Of a stretch of 64,000 nucleotides of DNA, positions 37,160 through 51,561 are shown piece after piece. The number at the start of each line of letters is the position of its first letter. Position 1 is the stretch's first letter. The notes below the pieces were generated by a model that was not told where the DNA came from, ran no database searches, and saw only the letters and a list, made by a program, of their open reading frames with translations. This stretch comes from Gonapodya sp. JEL0774 (Eukaryota): contig JADIIX010000023.1 of assembly GCA_027604505.1 (NCBI GenBank), forward strand, positions 1 through 64,000. Direction: 5' to 3'. Position numbers and translations under genes: made by a program.

Positions 37160-38950
37160 GAGACTTGTCCCAACACAACGGTGATGTTTCTGCAGTGCAC
37201 GCCAAATCATTTTCAGCTCCATCTACAAAGGCGATGGCTCGGCGAGCAGCGAAATCACACAGAAAAACGTGCTGAAAACAAAATGATCGGCTCACATTCC
37301 GGTTTCTTGAAGGGAGGCGGGGTTCTCACCCAACGGCAACGGTCTCAGTGAAATCAGAAAGTGCCTAGAGATCTTGCACGACAGCCTCAGTACATGCTCT
37401 AGCATAATGATAGTTCGACTGTGAAGTTTGGTTCCCCTCGGGTGCCATGTGCGGTCGCTGCAGACCTCCTTCAACCAGTGGAAAGAGGTCTGCCGGAAGA
37501 ACGGTTTTAACCATACGACAAGCACGAAACCTCCACCACCCGCTCGAACGAAGCCAAATCGGGACTTTTGAGCCGATCAGATTATTAAGAAAGATTTCAT
37601 CTTGAGCCTAGAAGCCGAGATTGGTCACCCTAGGTCCTCGCGAGAGCTAATTTTGATTTTGTGTGGGATCACCATATGGAGGTGGCACGGGAATCGCTCT
37701 TCGCACTCCTTTGATGGAGCAATCAGCCACCGGGTTGCATCAAACGACATGTAGTTTTAATCGAACTCATGCAATTTCACCGTATTTGGTGACGAAGATG
37801 TCTGGACGGTGCCCCGACGCCACGGTGATGTGGTTTGAGCACACGCCAAATCGTTTTCAGGTCCATCCACAACTGCGATGGCTCTGCGAGCAGTGAAATC
37901 CCACAGTATAACATGCTAAAAACTAACTCATCGGCTCACATTTGCGGTTTCGTTATCGGAGGCGTGACTTTTACCGAACAGCAATGTTTTCGGCGGAATC
38001 ACAAAGCGCTCCTAGAGAGTACACACTACCCTCAGTACATGCTCTAGTATGCTGATAGCTTGATTGTGAAGTTTGGCTGCCCTCGGATGGAATTTACGGT
38101 CGCCGCAGACCTCCTTCGACTAGCAGAAAGAGGTCTGCCGGAAAAACAGTTTTAACCATACGACGAGCAGGAAACCTCCACCACCCGCGCGAACGAGAGC
38201 CAAATCGGGACTTTCGAGCCGATCAGATTATTGAGAAAGATTTCATCTTGAGCCTAGAAGCCGAGATTGGTCGCCCTATGTTCTCGCGCGAGCTAATTTT
38301 GATTTTGTGTGCAATTAGCAATTGGAGGTCCGTTGGGAACCGCTATTTGCACTCTTTCGATGGGGCCATCGGCTACCGGCTCGCATCGAAAGACATGTAG
38401 TTTTAATCAAACTTACGCAATTCCAACTCATTCCAACGTATTTGGTCAGGAAGTTGTCTGGACGCTGCCCCGACCCGACGGTGAGTTGTGCAACACGCCA
38501 AATCATTTTGAGCTCCATCCACAACGGCGATGGTTCTGTGAACAACGAGATCCCACAGTAAAACGTTTTAAAAACGAACTGATCGGCTCACGTTCTGGTT
38601 TTTTGATCGGAGGCGGGGTTGTCACCAACGGCAACGTTCTCTGTGGAATCAAAATGTACTCAGAGGTGGTACACGACACCCTCTGTCCATGCTCTAGTAT
38701 ATCGATAGTTCGAATGTGAAGTTTGGTTCCCGTCGGCTGCAATTTACGATCACTGCAGACCTCCTTCGCGCAGCTCAAAGTTATCTGCCGGATGAACAGC
38801 TTTAGCCATACGGTGGACCGCAAACATCCACACCCGCTTGAACAAGAGGCGAATTTGCGCTTTTGAGCCGATGAGATCATCAAAAAGATACTGGACATTG
38901 AGTTCTTATGTGAAGATGGGTGGCTGTAGCGCGAGCCAAATTTTGGTGAC
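37160..38950. repeat. ~645-650-bp tandem repeat array, locus 2 (about 2.7 units), same orientation as locus 1
   Basis: Anchor ACGCCAAATC at 37199, 37843 and 38495; homologous to 2855-4360. Confidence 0.95.
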
Positions 38951-39272
38951 CAAGTACGTGAAAAAGCAGGTCCGGTCATAAACTCATGCGTGATACTCAT
39001 ATGAGATTGCGTGATTTAGGGCGCCAAAGGCCGGGCTGGAATTTCAGCGGCGAGTCGGGGGCAGTAGGGAGCGTCACGAAGAGACGGCAGTTCTGTGTGG
39101 AATGCCGATAGCGACCAATAAATTCGATAACGAGGTGTAAAATTAGGACGCTCAGAACAAACAATCAAATAAATGATAGTTTTGAGTTGAAGAAGACGAC
39201 AGGACCACAGTTGCATGCTTTGCCACAGTTGGTTCTTATACCCAAGCGCGGATTGCTTCACATCCATCCACC

Positions 39273-39633
39273 ATGAGGGCCAAGTGGGTGAGTACCAGAG
39301 TGCGCGCACTCGAAACTTCCCTCCCATATGAACTGGCGGACGCGCATTCCCGCTCCCACCGATTGACCGGCTGCTCTTTCCAATCCCGCTCGTGTCCATT
39401 TTTCCCATTTTCCAATGTTCAAAATTTCTCACATTTTTCTCCCCCTCCGCCCGCCTCAATCACACAGAGGAAGAAGAGACAGAGAAGGCTTAAGCGCAAG
39501 CGCCGGAAGATGAGAGCTCGCTCCAAGGTCCGTTGCCCCGAGTGTCGCTTGCGGGCTTGGTACTCGGTCGGGTCCAGTTTATCCGAATAGTACTTCTCAC
39601 TTCTGCATTCCTTCTTTGTTCCTATCACAGTAA
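39273..39633 (+). CDS. RPL41: Ribosomal protein eL41 (25 aa), 3 exons
   Basis: 39273-39287 MRAKW, 39468-39527 RKKRQRRLKRKRRKMRARSK, 39631-39633 TAA; canonical GT..AG introns. Confidence 0.97.
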
Positions 39634-40511
39634 ACGCCTCGTCGCTAAATCCGAGATACCTCTGAGCTAGGAAGCTGCGCCTGCTCTCATTATCGACGAT
39701 CCTTGCATCCAACTTCACCGCAGTCTCCCACATGAACGAGCCAGAATGCATTAGACCTCGAAATAATTTACCGACCATGGACAACAGTAGTACGAAGGAC
39801 ATCCGAAGGGTTCGCGGGGAGAAGCGGCGTGAAAGAACCGGGATTGGAATCTGGTGGATCAACTCTATGGAAGCGCACAGACTGCATGAATCATGAAGCC
39901 GATGGATCCGCCATAATCCGTCGTTTGCTGACCACGGTCTTATCCGTGCGTCGCCGCGCATCTTGAGTTTTTTCTTCCCTCCGTGTTCCCTGGACGCTGT
40001 CGAGCCCTCTCCAAACGGACTCGTTCTGTTCGGATGTTCAGACGGGCTTGTCTCGAAGTGTGTTGTTTTATATGTGCCGACTGTCTCAGACTTATAGCTG
40101 TGGGTTGCCTGTCAGTGAAGGCCATGCCGGCATTGTTGGTGGTTGTGGTGCGGCTTGTAGATTTGCTCGGACGGTCTTTTTGTTGATTAGCTTTGAGAAC
40201 GATACGCTTCACGTTGCACGCAATAAACTGGTTGAGACAAATTTTCCTGTCGTCATGCTGTTCCAGACTCAGTTGTTCGCTGTAATTTGCAACAGAGCCG
40301 CTTGTGAGGTCATCCTGTTAGTGAGATAGCCCCAACCACACAGCCTACAGTTGCGAGTAGCCTTTCGGGCTTCGTCTGTAATGCATTACTCGATCGGAAT
40401 GTACAATATCAAAACCGCATCACCAGACACGAACAGATTCGGCACTCCCCGCCCCACCTCCACTCCCCCTTGCCCCCCGGACTCCTGAACCGCACGTCCC
40501 CAACGCACCCC

Positions 40512-43500
40512 TCACCCCTCCACCTCTCCATACCCTCTTTGAATCTCCTCCAAATTCCTTTCCCTCAGCTCCGTATCCGCGAACAAGGCCTTCACCAATC
40601 CCACCACCTCCGTGATCTTGAACCCCGCCTCGCGCATTTCACCCCTGCGGAACCTATCCATGATGATGGCAAAGGATTCGTCCATGACGGACTGCACCAC
40701 GCAAAACTTGCGGTAGCGGGGCACGTAGTGGCCGAGAAGACGGTCCGTGGCGTCGGTGTCGGAGTCGGCGTTGGTAGGGTCGGCGGGGTCGGCTGGTGCG
40801 GGCAGGGATGGCGGGGGTGTGGTGGCGGAACCAGGTGACTCTGACATGGAAGTTAACGACGACCCCGCAGTCTGCAGCGGAGACGCGCGGTGCGCTCCGG
40901 AACTGCCACCCTCAAAGAGCCCCGGCAAGTCCTTGCGCACGTTGCCCAGCACACGGTGCAGTCTCAGCGACTCGTCTTCTCCGATATCGATGAGCTCCAA
41001 CACTCCGCTCACACACGTGTTGAGAACGTTGTCGACGAGGTACCCGATGGCGGAGAAGTACATGTGCGGGGGCAAGATGGGCTTGCAGTGGCGAAGAGAA
41101 TCAGGGGTTTGAGAAAACTATGCGCTATAGTGTAAAAAGATGAGGTGCGCTCGGCCACATACCCGCCACACCCTTGCCGTCTGCTTTAACGTGTACATAC
41201 ACTGCTTGAGTGCTCTCCCCACGATCTCCATGCGCCCTGGTTCGGACAGATCAAACCCCTCGGCGGTCGCGAGGAGGGAGGTGAGTTCAGCGTGTTCCTT
41301 ATCCTGAGAGACGGTGCGCAACAGGGCTCCGAGTGAGTCTTTGGTTGGCTTGACATGCCTCTCTTTGTCCCCGATTCTCAACAGAAAACCCCAACAAATC
41401 CAAACAAAAATACACACCAGCTGCGCGTTGAAGTACTTCTCCCCCAACGGCCTCAGTTCCAGCACGTGCCTCGTGAACCAATCCCACTTCCACTCTCGCG
41501 TCTGTTCTTCCGTCCCCACGACACGAGACCTGGGCTTCCCCTCCACTCGGGTCCGGTACCGGAATCCCAACGTCAAGCACTCGTGCGCGACCATCATGCA
41601 GTCGTTGTGGAACTGCATTGCGAAGCCGACCGTTTCGAGGGGTGCGGCGTGGGCGACGGGGCTAAGGAGTCGGAAGAGATCGATGATGTCGTGAGCAATG
41701 TAGGTGAGAGGAATGGCGCTTGCGTGAAGAACGTGGGGATGGATTGTGGGAAATTTTGAGAAATTGTTCGTTTGTGAATCAGAAACGCATTCTAGCTCAC
41801 CAGTCCTCAGTCTCCGCTAACGCCGCCTCCTCCATCACACTCTCCACAAGATGAAGGAGTTGTACAATCTGCTCGCTGACGCCACACTCGGGGAACACAA
41901 AGAGTGGCTCCCGTAATGAAGGATGGATCTCGCCAACTTCGACTCGGGGGATTTTGGGCAGCGGAACTGAGCTAATCTTTGGGTCAGAAGAGTGGGGCAA
42001 ACGAGAAAGCCTTTCGAGGAGCGTGGGGCCGAGCGGTGCTGTAGAGGAGAACCGCCGTCGGTTGTGTGCTTCTTTGTGTTCGACAGAAAACGCAGCATCA
42101 AAGGTCCGAGGAACTCACGCAGCTCCTTCTTCCCACCAGCTCTAACAAGTTTCAAGTCTTTGTTTATGATGAGTGTCCGCGCGGCCGCTAGAGCAGTCTG
42201 ACGCTTCCGGTTGATGAAGTTTTCGGTCAGTTTGTGGCAGAAGGGCGAGAGCACAAACTCTGACTCCGTCAGAAACCCTGTATCAAGGCAGTTGAGGGGA
42301 ACGCTATAGTATCCGGGTCAACCATGATATGCCTACCATCCACTTTCAAATGTCCCTCAAATTCCTCGGCCGTTTTCGCAATCTCAGCGAACTGCGTAAG
42401 CCCTTTCACGTGAGTCGGGATGCACGCCTCGAGGTACTCCGAGAGAATCGCGCGAGAAAGTTCGGGCCACACAAGCTCGCCAAAAACGCGCAAGGCTTGC
42501 CTACTGTCTTCGTTCGAAGCAAGGCGGGAGGTCGGGAGCAAGGTGTCGCGAATGAAAGCGAAGAATGCCAGAAGCAGATCAAAGAGGACACCTAGAGTAT
42601 TCATGTTAGATTTCGGACAGGGAAAGTGCGATTCTGATAGGGTGAGCGCACCAGATGGCGCCACACTCCATCGAACTGAAGTGAAGTCCTTGGGAGCTTT
42701 CACGACCTTGAAATGTTCTGATACATCTGAGCTCCACCTTTCTGTGCCCATCCACTTTGTACCGCCGTTTACAAGTGGTAGCAGCACACTTCGAGTGGCC
42801 AATCTGGCAAATGATGACATATGAGTGTGCAGAGAGCTTGACCCGAAGTGGGCAGCGGCAAGAAAAACAGTGGCGTGTGGAAAGGAGGACGTTTCAGCCT
42901 GACTACCTGTTATTTCCGTTGAGCTGGGCGAGTGAAGATGTCTGACCACGAAGCGCTTACTCTGCAATGCTGTGTGCATCCGAACTTCCAAACTGCTCTC
43001 CCCGTCTAAAACATTTAGAACTTTTGAGATCAAGTCATTCAATCGGAGATCAAATGCCTCGCGTGCAGAGCGACAGCGATCCTATAGATGTAGTTGTAAA
43101 AGGCATGCCACGCATGTGGAGATGCAAATGCATACCTTGATATCAGTAAAGACAGACACGTGGAGATCGGGAAGCTTTTCTGACACTTCATTCTGGATCG
43201 GTGAAAGTCAAGGACTATTTCCCCAGAGCAGATAGCACAACACCCACAGCTACTTTCAGCTGATTAGCGGCTGGAACATAATCATCACAAGCTAGAGATG
43301 TTCCAAAATCCTGCAGCATTCCGTAAACCTTAACGCGAACGGCTGGTAGGAAGTTGTCTCGGTCGAAGTCTCATCGAACATTCTCACCTCTACCAGCAGC
43401 TCAAGAACAGAGACAAGCCCATCAGCCAACTCAATGGTTGATGCTAGGTCGCTTCTTTGAGATATTAGTGACTCTAGACGGGTTTGGATGCCGTCCTACA

Positions 43501-43946
43501 TTTTGATTGAGCGGTTGTAAGTTCCAAGGGAGATGCATTCAAATCACGGCATGAGCTTGGGATCACCTCTGAATTTTCCACCAAGCTCTCAGTCTCTTCC
43601 GTGTGATCGAGGAGGACTTGTGTCTTTCTCTCAAGGATTCGAGATGATGTATAGCCTTTTCTCAGATCATCTTTATTCCCTTCGAGAGTTCGTTGAAGTT
43701 GTGACTTAAGGAACGAGAAACGACGTGAAGATGAACAAAAAAGTGGATCTTATCTACAAATCGGCCCAGAAAGCTTACCTTTGCTGATGCAATTTGCGAG
43801 TCAACTGTAGCGATTGCAGCGTCAATCGCACGTGCATTGATTGCTGCCGGTGATCCGAGCAGCGATTCGGGAACAGTTTGTGAATTCGAAGTTGATGGTG
43901 AAAATACGTAAAGTAGAGAAGCGCTTTCGTCGATAATATCGCTCAT
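40512..43946 (-). CDS. ZW10: ZW10/Dsl1 family kinetochore and ER-tethering protein
   Basis: YLEACIPT, FINRKRQTALAAARTLI, FPECGVSEQI, MQFHNDCMMVAHECLTLG, IGYLVDNVL...IDIGEDES, EVVGLVKALFADTELRERNL. Confidence 0.93.
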
Positions 43947-44158
43947 GTTGTCATTCGGGGCACTTGCGATGCAAACCATACAACCTAGTGCTGTGGTAAA
44001 GCACGGTGGACAGACAGTCCATGAACACGATAATGAACAGGTATAGTAAAATAGTGCACTCTCCTCCATGTCACAACCGAGGGGCGTGCCTGCGCAGGAT
44101 ACAAATTTATATTCAATATAGACTTCAATATTTGTATTTTTCTCTACTAATTTGATTC

Positions 44159-46197
<2,039 letters not shown>

Positions 46198-46958
46198 TGG
46201 TTCAGTTTTAACTGTGACGGAAATGTAAGACAGGGGAAACTCGCTGCCAAAGATCAAACGAGAAGGATTGATTACTACTGGTAGCAAAGGTGGACGCCGA
46301 GAGTATTGGACTCACAATTGATTGATTCGAGTTGGTTTTTCAGAGCAACTGAAGATTCGGCACGACTTTCGAGGTGGCACAGCGTCCACTTATGGCAACA
46401 TTTATATTCCATCAGAATATTTAACTCAGTCTGCACTGCCAGTCCGCATTGCCTCAAATAAGAAAAAGATGAAAAAAACGTAACTATCGTCTACAGTGGC
46501 TTCTGCATTGTGTCCACATGGGGCTTGGCAACATCGCCAGCCCGCCTTTGGCCTGCCACTGTCGGGATCGGAACTCGGCTCTCCCGCTCTGCCAGAGCTA
46601 TAATGAGCAAGTGCATGTAATTCCATACGTACAAGTATAAAGACAAATTGAAGTGTTGGGAGTGTATATGTAACAATATACTATGTTTTTTGTTTGTTCC
46701 GATATAGTGTACTGGTGCGGTCTCGCACCATACACCAACAGGTAACACACTCGGGTTCGACGGACCGGGAGTTCATCAAATAGAAATTCGGTACACGCTT
46801 TTCAGTTTCTCGGCGGATCCCAGCGAGCCAGTCTCGCCCGTTGACCTCCCGGTGAGATCAGCTCAAGGCATTCCATTTCCAAGAATTGATTCACCACCAA
46901 CTGAATCACCAAGGCTTCACTTGAGCTCTTTCATTGATCATATTTTGATTTTGTACAC

Positions 46959-49760
46959 ATGATGCCAACAAATATTGATGTCGAGCGAAAGGAAGCAGAG
47001 GTTGACTGTGCTTCAGTCGAAGCAACACAACTGGTTGCTCTCTCGATCCAACAACCAGGCAATCTTCAGCTCACAAATAGAGCACACCTCGCTGGTGAGA
47101 TTCTACTCTTCTTGTTATCCCAAGCTGTGAGAGCTTTACGGTATATTATCCAAGTCGCTGCCTTGCAGCAGCATGAACAGGACCTGGCTGACATGACGAA
47201 GAAGCTCCACGAAAGTTTGCTGTCGGTGGGTGATATTTGGAACAGACACAAGCGTCAACTTCCATTCACTGTAATATTTCAGGCTCCTAGAGCAGCTGAA
47301 CCATCCCCTACTCCTCATGTACACAGCAATCGTTCTTTCGCACAACAGCAGGATGTTCTTCGGTCACAGTCGCCTTCTGCGATGGTCCCTTGGAGCTTTC
47401 CTCCCCCTGCCTTTCAAAGTGGTACCTTCATTCCCATTGAAGAGGCATCGATGAAGCTCCCTTCCAACCCCTCCAGCTTATCTGGCATCATTCCTACGCA
47501 AATCCAAACGATTATGTCTTCTGGTACCCCAATAGTACATCAGCAACAGCAAAATCAAAGCCCCTATCCCTTGGTTGTCGGTTTAGGCTCACAACCAACC
47601 CAGAATGTGTTGCCCGTTCCCCTCATTTCCACTACAGGAAATCCTATGGTGGTCGGTTATCCTTTTCCTCCGCAATCTAGTCAACGTTTTGCTACTATCC
47701 CGTCTCAGGCTCACGTTCAAGTCCTCAATCAATCACAAGGCATTGTCCCATTACATATGCCTCAGCTGCAAGCCAACAATTCATCGTCTGCTCCATTAAT
47801 AGACGGAGTCAGTGCTCCCAAACTTGTGGAATCGGCTGTTTGTGGACCAGCCCTCGCTCTCTCAGGGGCGAACAGAACACTTGGCGAGTTGCACAAACAG
47901 GAGGATTATATAAGGGTCGGTGGCTTGCTCGTAAACGGCGCGAATCAGGGTTGATTTTCCTTTATGCCTCTCGTAGCGGTACCTTCTGGAAGAGAGCCAC
48001 TCTCAAAGCCCCGAAAGATTTCAAGAAACGGTCTTTGCGCTCTGGTCAATTATCAAGTACAAACTCTACAAATCGACTGGCTACTCCACTCAAGGAGATT
48101 ATGTACGCGCACGATTGAACTTAACTGGTGTCAGATTGTCCCAGCTGTTAGCGTGCGCACCAGTACTGAATTATCTCAAAGACTTTTCGCGCAAGCCAGA
48201 AAACGAGAAAGTCTGTCGCATGCTATCAAGATGTTGTAGAAGCGGAATGAGTATCAAGGATCTGTGGTTTAAGGTGCTGGACAAGCATGACGGGAGCATA
48301 ACATCAACCATGGTTCTGCAAGTTTACAACGATCTGCGCGGATACATGCCAAGGAAGCCTACTGCTGAGTACAATCTATCTGAGGATTTAGTCAATGCGA
48401 TTGAGTCGTTTTTTGGCGGAGAAATATCTTTAGACCCATCATGGCATCCCCTCTCATTGGTGCAGTACACGTCTCCTAATCACGCGCAAGCGTCTCCTTA
48501 AATCTGTTTTTGTTCCCATCAGGTACATCCACGAAAGTGCTTTGGACGACTTGCAGATGGAAGTTATCTGGATGCCTCTGATGCCAATTGGGGAGTCCCG
48601 AATTCCCGTGGAACCGTGTTCCTAAACATGTCCTATGGCGCGGATCCGACGCGAGCCGCGATATTAAACCAGAAATTGGCAGATGAGTACGCAATTGGAA
48701 GGGTAAGGATCTTGAAAGGCGAAGGACGCGCCGCATGTTTCATTCCATAATCTTCTGTTGCGCGATGGCGATCCAGATCTCAGAAGCTATCAGCTTGATC
48801 AAACTGGACACATCCCAAGAATTCGTAGTCGACTTGATCCGCGAGTATCCTTGGGTGCTTATCACAGACATTCGATTTACATTGGCGGACGAGTATTCCA
48901 CGGAGGTCACACCACCGGCAACTCCTACAGAGAACACGGATCCTATCCATCAGCGACGCAAACGACGCAAAAAATCTGAAATTGAGCAAGACGGCTGTGC
49001 TTATGCGCTCGTGTATCTGGGCAAGAGGTCGCAAGAGTTCTACCACCATTTCGAGAGTTTGGCGTTGGTGCCTGGTTTGAATTGTACCAGTTTCATCGAG
49101 AAGGACCGTATGCATACACAGAATAACCTCGAGAGTAACGCCACACAAGCGCAAACAGCTCGCTCAGACGTGAGATCTTCGCCGTTCTTCTCAGAGCCCT
49201 CAGCCACCGAAGATTTTGGGATGTCAGACTTCGACTATCTAGTTCAGAGCTTTGTGCCGGAGTCACCGCACACGGATGAGCGGCACTCCGCGATCACGTC
49301 TCACCGCAGAACGAATTTAGACAAGACCTTCACATCTCAACCTCTCCTAACGAACTCAATGGTAGAATCAAAGCTGAATGACCATTTTGCCTTTGCTGAT
49401 ACATCGCATGCAACACAACTCTACTCCTCGGTGGACGGGTTGGATTCTCAGATTTCAGCGGAAGTGTCCACACCAGATTCTTTGCCATCAGGCCGCGACA
49501 CACGTCGTCCAAAGGTCCAAGAGAACCATTTGATGCTGAGTAGCGAAGCGGAGCTTGCCGAGCATGCTGTCTCGCCGCCTATCCCAGGGTCGTCAGGACT
49601 CGGGCACGTATCACCACTTTCATCCTCAATAATTGAACAGCGTGATCAACCGGTGCTGCTTGTTTTCGCACCCGATGAGCAAGGGCGACCATCCGTCCAT
49701 ACGGAAAGCACGCCTTTGTCAGTACCTGGGAAAGGTGGAGACGCTAGCATTAGCCGGTGA
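46959..49760 (+). CDS. ParB-like HTH plus phage-Dam-type DNA N6-adenine methyltransferase-fold protein with non-canonical catalytic motif (NMSY)
   Basis: Exons 46959-47915, 47977-48459, 48523-48702 and 48777-49760 join in frame. HTH-like: FQETVFALWSIIKYKLYKSTGYSTQGDYVRARLNLTGVRLSQLLACAPV. Dam-like: IESFFGGEISLDPS...W...VFLNMSYG...KLADEYAIGRISEAISL...IRF...VYLGKRSQEFYHHFESLALVPG. Confidence 0.8.
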
Positions 49761-50012
49761 CAGAAACGAGCCACTTCCCCACTTCCCCAATAAAAGTGTA
49801 TTTGTTCCGTGCATATGCTTTGCAAAAGTAGCATTCGGTACTCAGAGCTCTCTTTGCGTGCGGGAATGTAAATCCTTACTTTTTAAGCTTGATAAAAGGT
49901 TTTGGTGGTATTGTGCTGGTCTGGTTCGACACACCTGTCGTCCGAGCTTTTGTGACTGTGCGGTGCTGTGCACCCAATGTGAGGCAAGTTTCAACCAGAA
50001 CAGTTTTGAGTC

Positions 50013-51561
50013 ATGTCCTCTCGTCGTCGTCCATTTACACTCGCCGAAGCGGCGGGCCTCGACAATCCCCTTGAAAATTCCATATGCAGGCGTGATCCAG
50101 TCAAGAATCCTGGGAAGCACTTTCCACGTACGGGCAAGGAGAACCGAACAGACGGAGGAGAGAATCGGTCCGATATAAAGAGCTCCCTCTCGATCGGAAT
50201 CAAGAACTCAAATAAGAAACCCAACGGTCCAGCTGGATCGGAGGCATACTCGCCTCCATCGACTCATCAAGAGTGTACCCGAGCACACGCCAGTACTGTA
50301 GCTCGATTCGAGAATGTTCTGAGCAACCGACCTCAGGAAAGCCCCGGACCGAAATCGGATAACGCGATTCGTAGTATCTCATTATTGTCAGGTGAGATGC
50401 TCCGGGGGGTGTGATCTGAAACCATCGGTCAGCACAGAGTCTGGTTCTATGCGTCTCCACCATGAGCCATTATCTTGAACCTTACGGTACTTGGTCTTTT
50501 CTTATCATCACATTCCGCCTTCGCCGTTCTTGTGATCAAATCTTTCTGTTCAACGTTCCAAGAAACATCGGACAATCGGCCCTCCGCCCCTATCCCCATT
50601 GTAACCGCATTTGGCGTGACCGTGGATTTGGAGAATGATTTACTTGAGGGCGATGACCAAGATTCAGTATCACCAACCCTGGATGACCAGGAGTCCCTGT
50701 CTCAACGTGATTTGGCGCCAACTTTCGCTTCTGAGAACTCCATGGACGTCATCTCAGAGAGCATGCTTAATGAGCACGCGATGCCGGTTGAGCCGACGGA
50801 TGTGGCCAGGAAAATGGAGCAACGCCAGAAGCAAATTGTGTACGGTAAAAACACAATTGGATACTTTCGCTACACCAGGCTTGTTCCGAGGTACGTAGTT
50901 TAGTGGGGCAAGTTGCCGCTAATTCACACATGTTCCATACGTTTCCTCAAATATTTGCACAGAGATGCTCGACGTAAAGGTGATCCGTCCACCCCAGACA
51001 AGAACTTAGAGTGCAGCAAGCGGTGCTGGGATGGTCTAGTTCGTGCATGGCGCCGTCGACTGCATGCCTGGGACCCTCCTTTGGAGGCAATGGAGGAGGA
51101 AGTGAAACTGATGTCTGAGTCTAGAGGCATCCACCCTGCTCAAGAGCGAGCGCTCGCACTATTGAAAGAGCAGTGAGTGTTGGCAAGCGTACTTTACTCG
51201 TCGGGATTTGTTACACGTGATTCTCCTATCAGGTACTCGGAGGAACTTGGAATGTTCGACGGAGGGTTAGTGAATCCTCATTCAGCATCGTTTTGCCCTC
51301 GCTTCGCTGACAATCTTTACCTATCAGCGAATCAAATGTGGCGTGGATACCTGAAACTCATGATCATGGGCTTGTGAATCCTTTCGACTCAAGCATCCCC
51401 AACCAGGCGGAGTTGGTAGGGTTTGTTACTTTAAATCACTCCGAGGAACTACCATCAAAAATGGCAAGAATCGACTTGGTCGGCGAAGGAACGGACGTAT
51501 AAGTGAGAACAACGAGGAAGCGTTGGCGGCGCTCGCCATGGAGAGATTTGTAGAACGATGA
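50013..51561 (+). CDS. SLBP: Histone mRNA stem-loop binding protein
   Basis: RQKQIVYGKNTIGYFRYTRLVPR|DARRKGDPSTPDKNLECSKRCWDGLVRAWRRRLHAWDP is the SLBP RNA-binding domain; terminal exons approximate. Confidence 0.92.

Noticed and set aside
39419..40329. ORFs 39419-39961 (-), 39940-40212 (-) and nearby
   Set aside because: Antisense to RPL41 or in UTR/intergenic sequence; no recognisable motifs.
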